A stretch of DNA of 64,000 bases from a virus. Positions 29,219-38,637 of the stretch are shown piece after piece. Numbering within the stretch: the first letter of the stretch is position 1; each line of letters starts with the position of its first letter. Position numbers and translations under genes: made by a program. The stretch covers positions 23,460-87,459 of IMG/VR virus record IMGVR_UViG_3300015360_000029; one strand, given 5' to 3'. The notes below the pieces were generated by a model. The model was not told the origin of the DNA. It saw only the letters and a program-made list of their open reading frames with translations, and made no database searches.

Positions 29219-29401
29219 TCAGGTGTTCATTGGGTTCGATCGCATCAAAGCTTGACGCTGAAGCTGCCTTTTAACACGCTGAAGATCTTCGATGTCGATG
29301 AACACTTCGATCGTTCCGTCGACGTACGTGACGCGGCATTCGACTTCGTGAGGATCGTTTTCATCGAGCTGAATGTACTCAACAGTTTTGAACATCTTCA
29401 T
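29219..29401 (-). CDS. Hypothetical protein
   Basis: 60 aa, ATGA overlap with the ACP gene. Confidence 0.5.
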   Translation of the reverse strand: MKMFKTVEYIQLDENDPHEVECRVTYVDGTIEVFIDIEDLQRVKRQLQRQALMRSNPMNT

Positions 29402-29637
29402 TCTTTGACCTTGTTCAAGTACGCCAGAACATCACCGAACGTTCTGAACGAATCAGCATCTTCGTCGCTGATCTCGATCTTGTACTCGTCTTCGAGCGTC
29501 ATCACGAACTCGAGGACATCGAGTGAATTCATTTCGATCTCTGCGAACTTTGTAGTTTCGACGATCTTTGTGGTGACATCTGAATTGAACGACATGAGCT
29601 CTGAAAGGATAAGCTTCAAATGATCGATTGTCATCAT
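29398..29637 (-). CDS. acpP: Acyl carrier protein
   Basis: EMNSLDVLEFVMTLEDEYKIEISDEDADSFRTFGDV; acidic, 79 aa; RBS AAGGAG. Confidence 0.85.
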   Translation of the reverse strand: MMTIDHLKLILSELMSFNSDVTTKIVETTKFAEIEMNSLDVLEFVMTLEDEYKIEISDEDADSFRTFGDVLAYLNKVKE

Positions 29638-29672
29638 GGGAACTCCTTAGTTAGAAGTTCTAATTCTAAACA

Positions 29673-29699
29673 GAAAGGGCTCCCGTTGGGAGCCCTTTC
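29673..29699 (-). terminator. Terminator after the major capsid gene
   Basis: GAAAGGGCTCCC-GTT-GGGAGCCCTTTC with T-rich tail on the - strand. Confidence 0.8.
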
Positions 29700-29736
29700 G
29701 AGGATCGACCGAACCTCTTTCGAGGTTCATCTTGGA

Positions 29737-31041
29737 TCAGCTGAACGTGACGTTCTTCACGAGGATACGTGAGTAGTAATCGGCTGAGTTACCAAGGGAA
29801 GTACCGACGTTCGTGAACGTAGCCTTGCCGTAACGGGTCATCAGCGACACTGCTGGCATGAACGTGTTTGCGTCCATGACGATGCCAGTGCTCATCAGCG
29901 GGATGTATGGGCAGTAGAAGTACCCTGAGTCGAGCTCAGATGCACCACCCTTGTAACCGATCAAGATGTCTTCGCCGACGTCGCCTGAGGCGTTGACGAT
30001 GCCAGCACCTGAGCCTGTCAGTGAGAACGCGTCATTCAGGCCCCAGTTATATGAGTACACTTTCATTTGACCGTTCATGGTACCAACGAGCTTGTTGCCT
30101 GTTGGATCTGAGAACGAACCAGATACAGCCGGTGCGAACACGGACTTTGCAGCAGATTGCAGGATCGAAGTGATCAGGTGACCACCAACGAGCCAGTTAC
30201 CAGGTCCACGACGTGTCTTGGCACCAATTTCATTGGCCATCTTGTTCACGAGGATACCCAAGTGAGCGTAACGGTCGCCGAGGTAGTTCGGTGCGAAGCC
30301 AGCTGGTGGAGCAGCAAAGTCGAATGTCGAAACAGTCGAAGCCAGTCCGAGCAAGTCGGTCAGGATTTCGTTGTCGATTTCGTGAGCGATTTGTGCCGAC
30401 AGAGCAGCTGTCAGTTCAGACTCGAGGTCCAGACCGTGTTGGCTGTTCAGGTCTTGAGCAGCTTCCATTGTCCAACGAGCTTGCAACTTGCGTGAGCCGG
30501 CCGAGATCGTTTGCTTCAGGACTGACAGACGCATTGCGCGGCCACCGAAGCCTTCAGCGTCAGCTGTTGTTGCAGCGAAACCGTTCGAAGTCGTAGCAGT
30601 CAGAGCTGGCGGATAGCCAGTTGTGCCAACGTTCGAGGATGAATAGAAACGCTTCATCTTCGATGGCGATGCGCCATATTGGCCGAATGCTTCATCACCA
30701 GCGGCGATGTCATTGCCAGCAACGACCGTTGCGCCTGTTGCATCAGCTGCTTCAGAGAAAGCAAAACGCAGCGAGTACACCAGACCGACTGGGCCTGACA
30801 TTGGCTGAACACCAACGAGATCTGACGAGATCGTACCTGGAAGGATACGACGGATCATCGGGATCGTGATCTTCTGGAAGTTCGAGATTGCCGAAGCATC
30901 CATCCCGAGAGCGGATTGGGCGGTTTCCATCAGATGCTGCTTCTGGTTTTCCAGAAGGGTAGACATCACGGATTTCTTGGAACCTTGGAGGCCTTCAAGC
31001 AGGGCGTCTTTGGTTTCTTGCCAGTTTTCAATCAATTGCAT
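29737..31041 (-). CDS. gp23: Major capsid protein
   Basis: LLENQ, VGVQPMSGPVGLVYSLR, SRKLQARWTMEAAQDL, EIDNEI, FYCPYIPL, MTRYG. Confidence 0.98.
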   Translation of the reverse strand: MQLIENWQETKDALLEGLQGSKKSVMSTLLENQKQHLMETAQSALGMDASAISNFQKITIPMIRRILPGTISSDLVGVQPMSGPVGLVYSLRFAFSEAADATGATVVAGNDIAAGDEAFGQYGASPSKMKRFYSSSNVGTTGYPPALTATTSNGFAATTADAEGFGGRAMRLSVLKQTISAGSRKLQARWTMEAAQDLNSQHGLDLESELTAALSAQIAHEIDNEILTDLLGLASTVSTFDFAAPPAGFAPNYLGDRYAHLGILVNKMANEIGAKTRRGPGNWLVGGHLITSILQSAAKSVFAPAVSGSFSDPTGNKLVGTMNGQMKVYSYNWGLNDAFSLTGSGAGIVNASGDVGEDILIGYKGGASELDSGYFYCPYIPLMSTGIVMDANTFMPAVSLMTRYGKATFTNVGTSLGNSADYYSRILVKNVTFS

Positions 31042-31067
31042 AGTTTTCTCCTGTGAGAGTGGAAGTC

Positions 31068-31964
31068 TTAACGAATACCTGCGAGGCGGCGGAGGTTGGC
31101 CAGGCTGTCGGATGACGACTTGGTACCTTGGGATTCCACGATCGTGACTGGCTCGCCAGTCACGATAGTAGTCTTTGATTCTCTAGCAGTCTTGCTCTCA
31201 ACGACAACAGCAGGCTTTATAGCAGACTCGTCACCTTCTTTGAGGATGCGACCGATGAAGAATTTGTAGCTTTCTTCGAGGCGGCTTGTTTCGATGTTCC
31301 GAAGGACCATCGCCATTTGCTCGCGCTTCTTGCCCGTCAGTGCGGACAGAACGGATTCCATCTTTGCTTCACGGATCATCTTGTTCAACTCTTCTTCGCG
31401 GATAGCGAGAGCCGTCTCTGCGTCAGCAAGTTTGCTTTCTGCAACGATAAGCTTCGTTTGAGCTGCGTCTTCGTCAACGTATGTCGTGCCGTATGTCGAT
31501 GCGAATGCTTCAAAGATCTTGCGACCGAAATCATTCTGCTTCACTACTTCGAGATCTTCCTTCAGCTCTTCCATCTCAGCGTGAAGGCGCATCTCGAAAA
31601 ATTGATCGATCTTGTCGACAAGACTGTCGAGTTCGGTGGCAACTTCTTCAGCGAGCGCGTGCTTCTCTTCCACGATCTTCTCGGCGTATTCAGCCTCGAG
31701 ATCACGGAATCGATCGATGTCACCGCGCAGCTCTGCGATTTCCTTGGTCAGGGCTTCCGAAACGAATTGATCGACTTTATCGATCAGCTCATCACGTTCC
31801 CCTGCCCACTGTTCTGCGAGCTCAAGGCGAACTGTTCCTGAAACTTCTTCGCGGACTTGCGTCTTGAAGGCTTCAACAGAGATCGTCCATTGCTCGGAGA
31901 GTTCAGCTTTAGTTTCTTCGCTGAGGAGCTCGGATTTCAGAAGCTTGTTCAGAATCTCATCCAT
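31068..31964 (-). CDS. gp22: Prohead core scaffolding protein
   Basis: Acidic coiled coil immediately upstream of gp23; FGRKIFEAF; ends LRRLAGIR. Confidence 0.88.
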   Translation of the reverse strand: MDEILNKLLKSELLSEETKAELSEQWTISVEAFKTQVREEVSGTVRLELAEQWAGERDELIDKVDQFVSEALTKEIAELRGDIDRFRDLEAEYAEKIVEEKHALAEEVATELDSLVDKIDQFFEMRLHAEMEELKEDLEVVKQNDFGRKIFEAFASTYGTTYVDEDAAQTKLIVAESKLADAETALAIREEELNKMIREAKMESVLSALTGKKREQMAMVLRNIETSRLEESYKFFIGRILKEGDESAIKPAVVVESKTARESKTTIVTGEPVTIVESQGTKSSSDSLANLRRLAGIR

Positions 31965-32092
31965 TGCTTTCTCCTTTGTGTGGTTGATAAATTTCGTAGA
32001 TCGTCACTGGACAACCTACACTTGGGTTTTAGCGAGACGATGATTCAGAATCGAAGTCTCTTCGCATTTCTTATTTAGCAAAATGCACAAAA

Positions 32093-32122
32093 AAGGCAAA
32101 GATTCCAAGCAATCTTTGCCTT
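32093..32122 (-). terminator. Terminator upstream of the gp22 late promoter (TAAATA 32072-32077)
   Basis: AAGGCAAAGATT...AATCTTTGCCTT hairpin with T-run on the - strand. Confidence 0.65.
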
Positions 32123-32142
32123 CGAAGCTCATGTGTATGAGC

Positions 32143-32328
32143 TTATTCTTTATTAATTTCGTGTTCGATTACTTCAAATTCGCGAGCTTCTGGAGTTTCC
32201 GCGCTAAGACCCGAAATTTCACAAGTTTTAAGGACGAAGTAATCGTGCATAGTGACCGATGCTTGCTCTTGACGATCATTGATGATGTCTTGCAACATCG
32301 ACTTCAATACTTCTGAATGTTCGCTCAT
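32143..32328 (-). CDS. Prohead-core-like paralog 2 (MLQDIINDR module only)
   Basis: KSMLQDIINDRQEQASVTMHDYF; lies in the head cluster. Confidence 0.7.
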   Translation of the reverse strand: MSEHSEVLKSMLQDIINDRQEQASVTMHDYFVLKTCEISGLSAETPEAREFEVIEHEINKE

Positions 32329-32389
32329 TGTTGAATCCTTTTGTTTGTTGATCGGACCAGCGTATTTAGTAGCGCTGAAAGATCAAATC

Positions 32390-32827
32390 TTAGCGCGATG
32401 CGTCCTTGCCACCATCGTCGTATCCAGCTTCGTACGCATCTGAAACCGAATCACGAATGGCCTTCTGCACATCGCCGTTCCCAACTGTCAGACCAAGCTT
32501 CTTCAAAGCTGCTGAGAGTTCGCCGCAAACGATATTGACAGCTCCAGCCTTCTTGCCAGCGGCACCTTCGGAAATGATCCCGGCCAAGGCGAGCAATCGC
32601 ACTTGATCTTCTTTCATCAACTTTGGTTTTGGAGCTTCCTTCTCGCCGATCATCGATGCGATCATCGAGCAGATCTCGTCGCCAGTGAGTGAATCTGGTT
32701 CGCCAGTGATGTAGTCATCCATTTCCTTGGCATAGAAGTCCGCGAACTTCTGCGAGCCCAGCATGCCGAGTGTTCCGAGAACTGGCTTCGACCAGGCGCG
32801 CTTTGGTTTGTAACTTTTGAATGGCAT
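32390..32827 (-). CDS. Hypothetical head-cluster protein
   Basis: Contains RLLALAGIISE, similar to the scaffold C-terminal LRRLAGI. Confidence 0.65.
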   Translation of the reverse strand: MPFKSYKPKRAWSKPVLGTLGMLGSQKFADFYAKEMDDYITGEPDSLTGDEICSMIASMIGEKEAPKPKLMKEDQVRLLALAGIISEGAAGKKAGAVNIVCGELSAALKKLGLTVGNGDVQKAIRDSVSDAYEAGYDDGGKDASR

Positions 32828-32830
32828 GAT

Positions 32831-33040
32831 TTATCCTTTGAGAACTTGAGTGATTGGGGAGGTCAATGAGCAGGTGCGCTTGACACCAGGTGTATCAGCA
32901 GCTGAATCCTTCGTGAAGCCAAGGGTGCGAACGGCAGCAGCGAGCGAAGCAAGAATGCTAGCAGCAGGATCTTTAGCTTCTTCGAGCTGCGCCGCCTCAA
33001 AGAGGCCGGCGAGTTCGAGTGTGCGAGCAAGTTGATTCAT
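32831..33040 (-). CDS. Hypothetical head-cluster protein
   Basis: RTLELAGLFE motif; follows gp21. Confidence 0.55.
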   Translation of the reverse strand: MNQLARTLELAGLFEAAQLEEAKDPAASILASLAAAVRTLGFTKDSAADTPGVKRTCSLTSPITQVLKG

Positions 33041-33042
33041 GA

Positions 33043-33651
33043 TTACTTTCGAAACTTGAGCGATTCAAGGAACGTCTTGATCTCTTTGGCGAAGTGCTTC
33101 TGTGCCTTCGGATCATGAACCATTGCTTCAGCCAGAGTCAGAATCTTCTTCGAGCCCATGGCTTCTTGAACGACGTTCGGGTACGCTTCAGGTGCCGATG
33201 GCTGGTACACGATGTCAACTGTGACGAAGCTGAAGTCCGAAACCGAACCGCCTTCATTCACGTTCCCAGTCCCGCGGGACGAGACACCGAGACGAACGCC
33301 ACCTTCAATCAAACCCTTGGCGATGTTCCCTGAAGGTGTATTGAGAAGTTTCATCTTGCCCAGAGCGTTCGCACCATCCATTCGAACTTCTGTGATCGCA
33401 TGCGAAACGTTCGCAAGGTTGATCGACAGAACATCAGGGTGATTGAGTTCGCCGAGGATGTAATGACCTTCGGTGATTCGTTTCGATGCCGTTTCGACTG
33501 CCTTTGAGATCTCGGCGAGCGGATACTTCCGACCATTGCCATTGACGAGGTCAGCTTGCATCATGATGCCAGACAAGTACAGATCGTTCCCGCGCTTCAT
33601 CTCAGTCAGCATTGCTGCAACTGGTGACAGGTCTTCGGAGAGTAGTTTCAT
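33043..33651 (-). CDS. gp21: Prohead protease
   Basis: NGNGRKYP, GELNHP, VSH, LLNTPSG, GVSSRGTG, DIVYQPSAPEA. Confidence 0.96.
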   Translation of the reverse strand: MKLLSEDLSPVAAMLTEMKRGNDLYLSGIMMQADLVNGNGRKYPLAEISKAVETASKRITEGHYILGELNHPDVLSINLANVSHAITEVRMDGANALGKMKLLNTPSGNIAKGLIEGGVRLGVSSRGTGNVNEGGSVSDFSFVTVDIVYQPSAPEAYPNVVQEAMGSKKILTLAEAMVHDPKAQKHFAKEIKTFLESLKFRK

Positions 33652-33757
33652 TTGTGATCCTTATTCGGAAACGGCATCGACGCGACCAGCTGTACGCCAG
33701 CCAAAAAATTAATACGATAGAGTTCCATTATGCCTCCTAAATGATCATGTATTTAGT

Positions 33758-35437
33758 TCAAACAGCGGGAGGAGGCTCAACTCTAGCACCGGTTGCAGGC
33801 TCTTCTGCTGGTTCTTCAGGTGCTGCGCTGAAGAAATCACCAGGTGCAGGAAGCTCACTGCCAGCGCTAAAGTCTTCTTCGCTACCAGGGTCTCCACCAA
33901 TTTCAGCTTCGGCAGCGCTGCTTTCAACTTTCTGAGCTTCACGGTTCTCGTACACGGCTGGGTCATAGATTTGTTGCAATTCTGAGATGTTCGATGTCCC
34001 CGAGATCATACGCTCCTCTTTGAGCATCACTTCGTTCATCTGGATCTCGTCATCGGTCAGACCGAGGTAACGCTTCAGAATGAATCGGCGGCTCAAGTAC
34101 TTAGTACCTTCAATGTTGTTGAATGAACCGATCAGATCTGCGTCAAGAGCAGCTTGACGGTACAAAGCGAAGTTCGCTGGATCAGGAAGTTTGATCTTAA
34201 AAATTTCGTCGTCGATCTTCAGACCAACAACTTTCAAGTACACCTTGAATTCTTGATCAATGATTTCTTCGATACGATCTTGAAGGCGCATCACAAAATT
34301 CGCGAATCGCAATTCTTCAATGTATGCAATTCCGACCTTACCGTCATTCGTTGCAGCTCCTGCCTGTCCTTCGGCCCCAGTTCCCATGTACGATGTTGGG
34401 ATTCGAAGACCGCGGAACACTTTGTTCTGAAAGTACGCGAGCAAATTTGTACCGAAATCTTCAGTACCACCAGGCAACGTTTCAACACGTGACCCACGTC
34501 CTGATGATGTTACAGGAAAAAACAGATCTTCTTGAATCGACGTCGGATCGTATGCACCGTCAACCGTATCCTTGCCACCAGCTGATGTTGGCGATCGTTT
34601 CTGACGAATTTCATTCTTGATCTGCTCAAGGTATTGTTTCACTCGTTGTGGCGGCAAGTTTCCTGTGTCAACGTAGAACACACGACGTTCTGGGGCACGA
34701 ACAATTCTGTAAATGATAACTGCGTCTTCAATCATCGCAAGCTGACGATACACCCTATAAATCGGTTGCAGTACAGAAGCGCCGAACGGGGCAGAATATC
34801 CCATATCATCGGACATCGTGATGTGAATCATTGCCGCCGCTGGAATAATCTGTAGCTCTTCGTTCTTAGGTGAATACGGGTTCTGAACGCCTGTGTTCGC
34901 CTTCTTCACATGATAGCTGATCTTATCGCCGAGTTCATTGATCTCAATCCCGTGCACAAGCGATGGATCAACGTATTTCCATTTCTTCGTATCGGAAGTC
35001 TTTTGAAAGAAGCAATCGCCGTATTTGATCAAACAACGAGCGATGCTGAATAATCGTTTGTTGAAATCTTGAATTTCTGCCCATTGTCGAAGAGCTTGTC
35101 GAAGAGTAACTGATGTCGAATCGCTGATGTCTTGATTGTCTTCTTTCTGGTATTCAATTATGAACGGAAGATTTGTTTTGCTTTCTTTGCCAGACATTTC
35201 TTCTGCAATGATGTCAAGTGATCGTGAGATGTCAATGTCAGTGTCCATAGCATCGTACTGTTTGTACGACTGTGAGCGCGAGCCAGGTCCTCGCAAGACT
35301 TGCGAGTACCATTGGATCGACGACAACGAAGAGACATCTGTCTTTCGCGGGTCATACGCATCGGTTGCAAGCGAAGTGTACATCTGCTTCCGCGAAGCAG
35401 GTGTAATGATTCGCCAGTAGTTTGAAAATTGTGACAC
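33758..35437 (-). CDS. gp20: Portal protein
   Basis: QLAMIEDAVIIYRIVRAPERRVFYVDTG, EDLFFP..GRGSRVETLPGG, EELRF. Confidence 0.97.
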   Translation of the reverse strand: MSQFSNYWRIITPASRKQMYTSLATDAYDPRKTDVSSLSSIQWYSQVLRGPGSRSQSYKQYDAMDTDIDISRSLDIIAEEMSGKESKTNLPFIIEYQKEDNQDISDSTSVTLRQALRQWAEIQDFNKRLFSIARCLIKYGDCFFQKTSDTKKWKYVDPSLVHGIEINELGDKISYHVKKANTGVQNPYSPKNEELQIIPAAAMIHITMSDDMGYSAPFGASVLQPIYRVYRQLAMIEDAVIIYRIVRAPERRVFYVDTGNLPPQRVKQYLEQIKNEIRQKRSPTSAGGKDTVDGAYDPTSIQEDLFFPVTSSGRGSRVETLPGGTEDFGTNLLAYFQNKVFRGLRIPTSYMGTGAEGQAGAATNDGKVGIAYIEELRFANFVMRLQDRIEEIIDQEFKVYLKVVGLKIDDEIFKIKLPDPANFALYRQAALDADLIGSFNNIEGTKYLSRRFILKRYLGLTDDEIQMNEVMLKEERMISGTSNISELQQIYDPAVYENREAQKVESSAAEAEIGGDPGSEEDFSAGSELPAPGDFFSAAPEEPAEEPATGARVEPPPAV

Positions 35438-35450
35438 GTTGTTCCCTACA

Positions 35451-38400
35451 TTAAGACTGTGCTAAAACAGCTCTATTCATGAAACGATTATCAGGTAAAC
35501 GGGATTGAAACGCTGGTGCACGAAGCATCTGGGCAGCAATCTCGATTTGAGCATTCTCTGCAATTAAAGTTTGTTGAAGAACTACAAGAATTTGCTGAAG
35601 CGTACTTCCTTGATCTGAACCTGAAATAGCACTTGGTGTTGCAGCCTGAGTTTGATCCAGTGTTTGAACTATAGCCTGCGGTGCTATAGTATTTACGGGT
35701 ACAGGAATGACTGAGGTTACAGCTGTTGGAGGAAGAGTTGCAATAATAGAAGGGGTTGTACTCACAGGCGAAGATTCGATCTTAGCAGCACTAGAAGGGG
35801 TTGTACTCACAGGCGAAGATTCGATCTTAGCAGCACTAGCGTTCTCTGCTTCTTTCTTTTTCTGCTCAGGTGTTTTCTGACTTTCAACACGAGCTGCAAT
35901 TTTCTTATCAGATACTTTTGAATAAGATTCAGCTGTCTGAGTTGCATTTTCAGTTAACGATCTTAAATTCGATGTTGAAACAACTGTTACCCCAGCGCCA
36001 GCACGACTTTCTTTTGTGAGTTCAATTGTGTTCGTCTTTGTTGCTTCTGTGTTCTTCGCGATTTCCTTCGCGCGCTTATCTTCGTCAGATTCCAGACCTG
36101 CCCACCACGTGCCGATAGATTTGCCGACCGTTCCGCCAATGGACGAACCAATAGCGACGCCAATTGGTCCACCGAAAGCGCCAGCGAGGCCGCCGACGAT
36201 GGAACCGACAGTCCCGCCAACACCTTCAGCAACAGCTTGTTTCTTCAGCTTTTCAACATCACCGTCACCACCATTCTCTGGCTTCGCCCGCTCTTCAGCT
36301 GAGTTGTAATCCATCAAGGCCATTCCGCCATAAAGAGCGGCCGCAACGACTCCGGCTTTTCCGATGTTCTTTATATTCGCGCCGATACCTCTTCCACCTC
36401 TTCCGCCCAGTACATCGGGGCCACCGAGGCCTGCGGCGTATCGAGCAACAGCCCTACCAATAAGATCGGCCTGCGCTACAAGGTAAGCTGATCCAGCAAG
36501 GACAGCAAGGAGACCAGCACCAGCCATGAACAACGGACTCTTAGTCATTCCTTCAAATGCTGCCCAAGCTTTACCCAATGTGATCTCTAAATCGGATAAG
36601 GTCTTGTTTATGTCTTTTTGCTTTTGGGGTCCAGTTTGTTCCTGTGCGCGTACAGACATCGCTGCATCTATGTCCTTTTGCACCCCAGCTTCTTGAAGCT
36701 TGTCACCCATTGCTTCAACTTGGAACTGCATCCCTGGCCCGCCAGTCTGCTTCAGCTCTTCGGACCGTTGCCCGTATTCACCAAGGATTCGCGTATATTC
36801 TTTTTGTTCAACATCCGTCTTGTTTCGAATGCTTGCGAGCTCTTGCGCTCGAGCGACCTTGTCTGGGCTCATTCCGACAAGAGACATGGCTTGTCCCAAA
36901 CGGCCACGCTGTTGGAATCGCTCTTTGACCGTTGATTTCCGTTGTGCCAGAATCGAATCCGTCAGTGCGCGCTGTGCTGATTCTGAAAGGCCAAGTTGCT
37001 TACCCCATGCTGTTGTTTGAGCAATTTGAGTCAAACGCTTTTGACGATCTTCTGGCGCAAGACCGATCAATTCTTTCTGAACAATTTCGGACTCGTGAAG
37101 TTGCTTTATCAAATCGCCAAATGACTCTGCCGTAAGACCTACAGATTTTCGTAGATTTTCAAAGACACTCATTTGACCTGTCACTGACTTCGAAAGGTCT
37201 GTAACTGGAATGCCGAGCGATTGAGCGCCACCAGCCATCGCCATCGAAAGACGAGTAGCATCTTCGCCGAACACTCCGAACTTTTCAAGAGCATCTCGAC
37301 CGACATCAAGTTGCTTGTCGAATTCTTCGAAACTTCCTGAACGTGAAACAAGACCCATGTTCTCGTCCATCATCTTCGTATAATCACGAAGTGACATCCC
37401 AGCCATTGCAGCATTCACCGACAAGGTGGTCAAATTCGAAGTGAATACTCCATATCCACGAGACCCAGTTACTTCAAAAGCATCTTCAGCAACGGCAACT
37501 AAGTTGTTCAATAAATTGCTTCGAAGCTCGTCGAAAATTTTGATGAAGCCAGTCTTCAAACCGCCAAAGAAAGTCTTCTTGCCTTTATCGCTGCCGTCTG
37601 GACTTGAAAGATCACCGCCATCACGACCATCGCCGCCACCACCCGCGCCTCCGCCGTTCTTCAAAATAGCGCGAGTTGCTCGAAGTTGAGCATTCACGGC
37701 TCTCAATAGAAGTTCCATTCTTGAAAGATGTGTTCCTATCCCGCCCCTGCGAGTCATTGATGAAACCAACACACCGAGACCTGCGCCGAGCGTAGAGAAT
37801 GCGGCCGAAACGCCTGGAGCTTTCAACATCGTGGCGAAGGAATCGATAGCAAGATTCGTGCCAAGAAGCTTAAGTCGCATTTTGTCGAATCTAGGATTGA
37901 TCTTTTCGTCAAGAATTTTATTCAGCTTGTCGAAGTTTGTGGTGATTGCAGAAGTATCGATTGCTCCGACTGGTGTGCTGCTGATAGTTGCTGCAGCTGC
38001 AGCAACAGCTGATTGTAGTGTATCGAACGAAGTGCTGAAATCGATGTTCGTCAGCTGAGTTCTAGCAGTAGTGAAGCTTGTGAAGGCACTTCCAAATGCC
38101 CCAGTTAAACTATGCAATCCGCTGGCGCTAAGTCCAGATTGTTCCGTGAATTTTTCGAGACTGGTCTTTCCAAAATCGGATTGTGTTTGAAGATCCTTTA
38201 AGCTGTTGACACTGACGTCAGTTTGCTCCTTCAGCTTCTCTAAACCAGTTGATCCAAAATCGGCTCTATCTTTCAGGTTCTTCAGGCCACCTGCCCCTTC
38301 ATCGGTTTGCTTCTTGAATTTCGATAACGAATTTTCAGCACCAAGGGCCTTGTTCCCAAGTCGATGAATAGCTTTCGATGTTGCAATGATTGATTCCCGA

Positions 38401-38567
38401 AGAGCCTTCTCCTGTCCAGCATTCACACGACCAGCTGAAACAGAAGTTCGTGGAGTCGTTCCACCACCCTGCTGTCCGCCTGGGAATGCGTTTTGCATCA
38501 AGCGTTTCAATTCAATCAGAGTTTTTTCTGTCGCTGGTGCGTTTGGCTCTAACATCCTAGGACCCAT
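35451..38567 (-). CDS. Tape-measure-like/baseplate hub protein (gp29 position)
   Basis: 1038 aa, helical, with hydrophobic glycine-zipper GGxxG segment; divergent from gp26. Confidence 0.65.
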   Translation of the reverse strand: MGPRMLEPNAPATEKTLIELKRLMQNAFPGGQQGGGTTPRTSVSAGRVNAGQEKALRESIIATSKAIHRLGNKALGAENSLSKFKKQTDEGAGGLKNLKDRADFGSTGLEKLKEQTDVSVNSLKDLQTQSDFGKTSLEKFTEQSGLSASGLHSLTGAFGSAFTSFTTARTQLTNIDFSTSFDTLQSAVAAAAATISSTPVGAIDTSAITTNFDKLNKILDEKINPRFDKMRLKLLGTNLAIDSFATMLKAPGVSAAFSTLGAGLGVLVSSMTRRGGIGTHLSRMELLLRAVNAQLRATRAILKNGGGAGGGGDGRDGGDLSSPDGSDKGKKTFFGGLKTGFIKIFDELRSNLLNNLVAVAEDAFEVTGSRGYGVFTSNLTTLSVNAAMAGMSLRDYTKMMDENMGLVSRSGSFEEFDKQLDVGRDALEKFGVFGEDATRLSMAMAGGAQSLGIPVTDLSKSVTGQMSVFENLRKSVGLTAESFGDLIKQLHESEIVQKELIGLAPEDRQKRLTQIAQTTAWGKQLGLSESAQRALTDSILAQRKSTVKERFQQRGRLGQAMSLVGMSPDKVARAQELASIRNKTDVEQKEYTRILGEYGQRSEELKQTGGPGMQFQVEAMGDKLQEAGVQKDIDAAMSVRAQEQTGPQKQKDINKTLSDLEITLGKAWAAFEGMTKSPLFMAGAGLLAVLAGSAYLVAQADLIGRAVARYAAGLGGPDVLGGRGGRGIGANIKNIGKAGVVAAALYGGMALMDYNSAEERAKPENGGDGDVEKLKKQAVAEGVGGTVGSIVGGLAGAFGGPIGVAIGSSIGGTVGKSIGTWWAGLESDEDKRAKEIAKNTEATKTNTIELTKESRAGAGVTVVSTSNLRSLTENATQTAESYSKVSDKKIAARVESQKTPEQKKKEAENASAAKIESSPVSTTPSSAAKIESSPVSTTPSIIATLPPTAVTSVIPVPVNTIAPQAIVQTLDQTQAATPSAISGSDQGSTLQQILVVLQQTLIAENAQIEIAAQMLRAPAFQSRLPDNRFMNRAVLAQS
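35747..35839. repeat. Perfect 45-bp tandem duplication (SAAKIESSPVSTTPS x2)
   Basis: TAGAAGGGGTTGTACTCACAGGCGAAGATTCGATCTTAGCAGCAC twice. Confidence 0.95.
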
Positions 38568-38590
38568 TCTTTTGCTGTAAACCTGAAGTC

Positions 38591-38618
38591 ATAAATACAT
38601 TTCAGATACCTCTATTTA
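38591..38618. promoter_or_regulatory. Overlapping divergent late promoters (+ ATAAATA 38591-38597; - TAAATA 38613-38618)
   Basis: Both motifs lie in the 70-bp gap between divergent genes. Confidence 0.65.
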
Positions 38619-38637
38619 GTGACAGGAGCAAACCCAT

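Noticed and set aside
33648-33728. 26-aa ORF (MELYRINFLAG...) upstream of gp21
   Set aside because: Has an RBS and ATGA coupling but is too short to support a functional call
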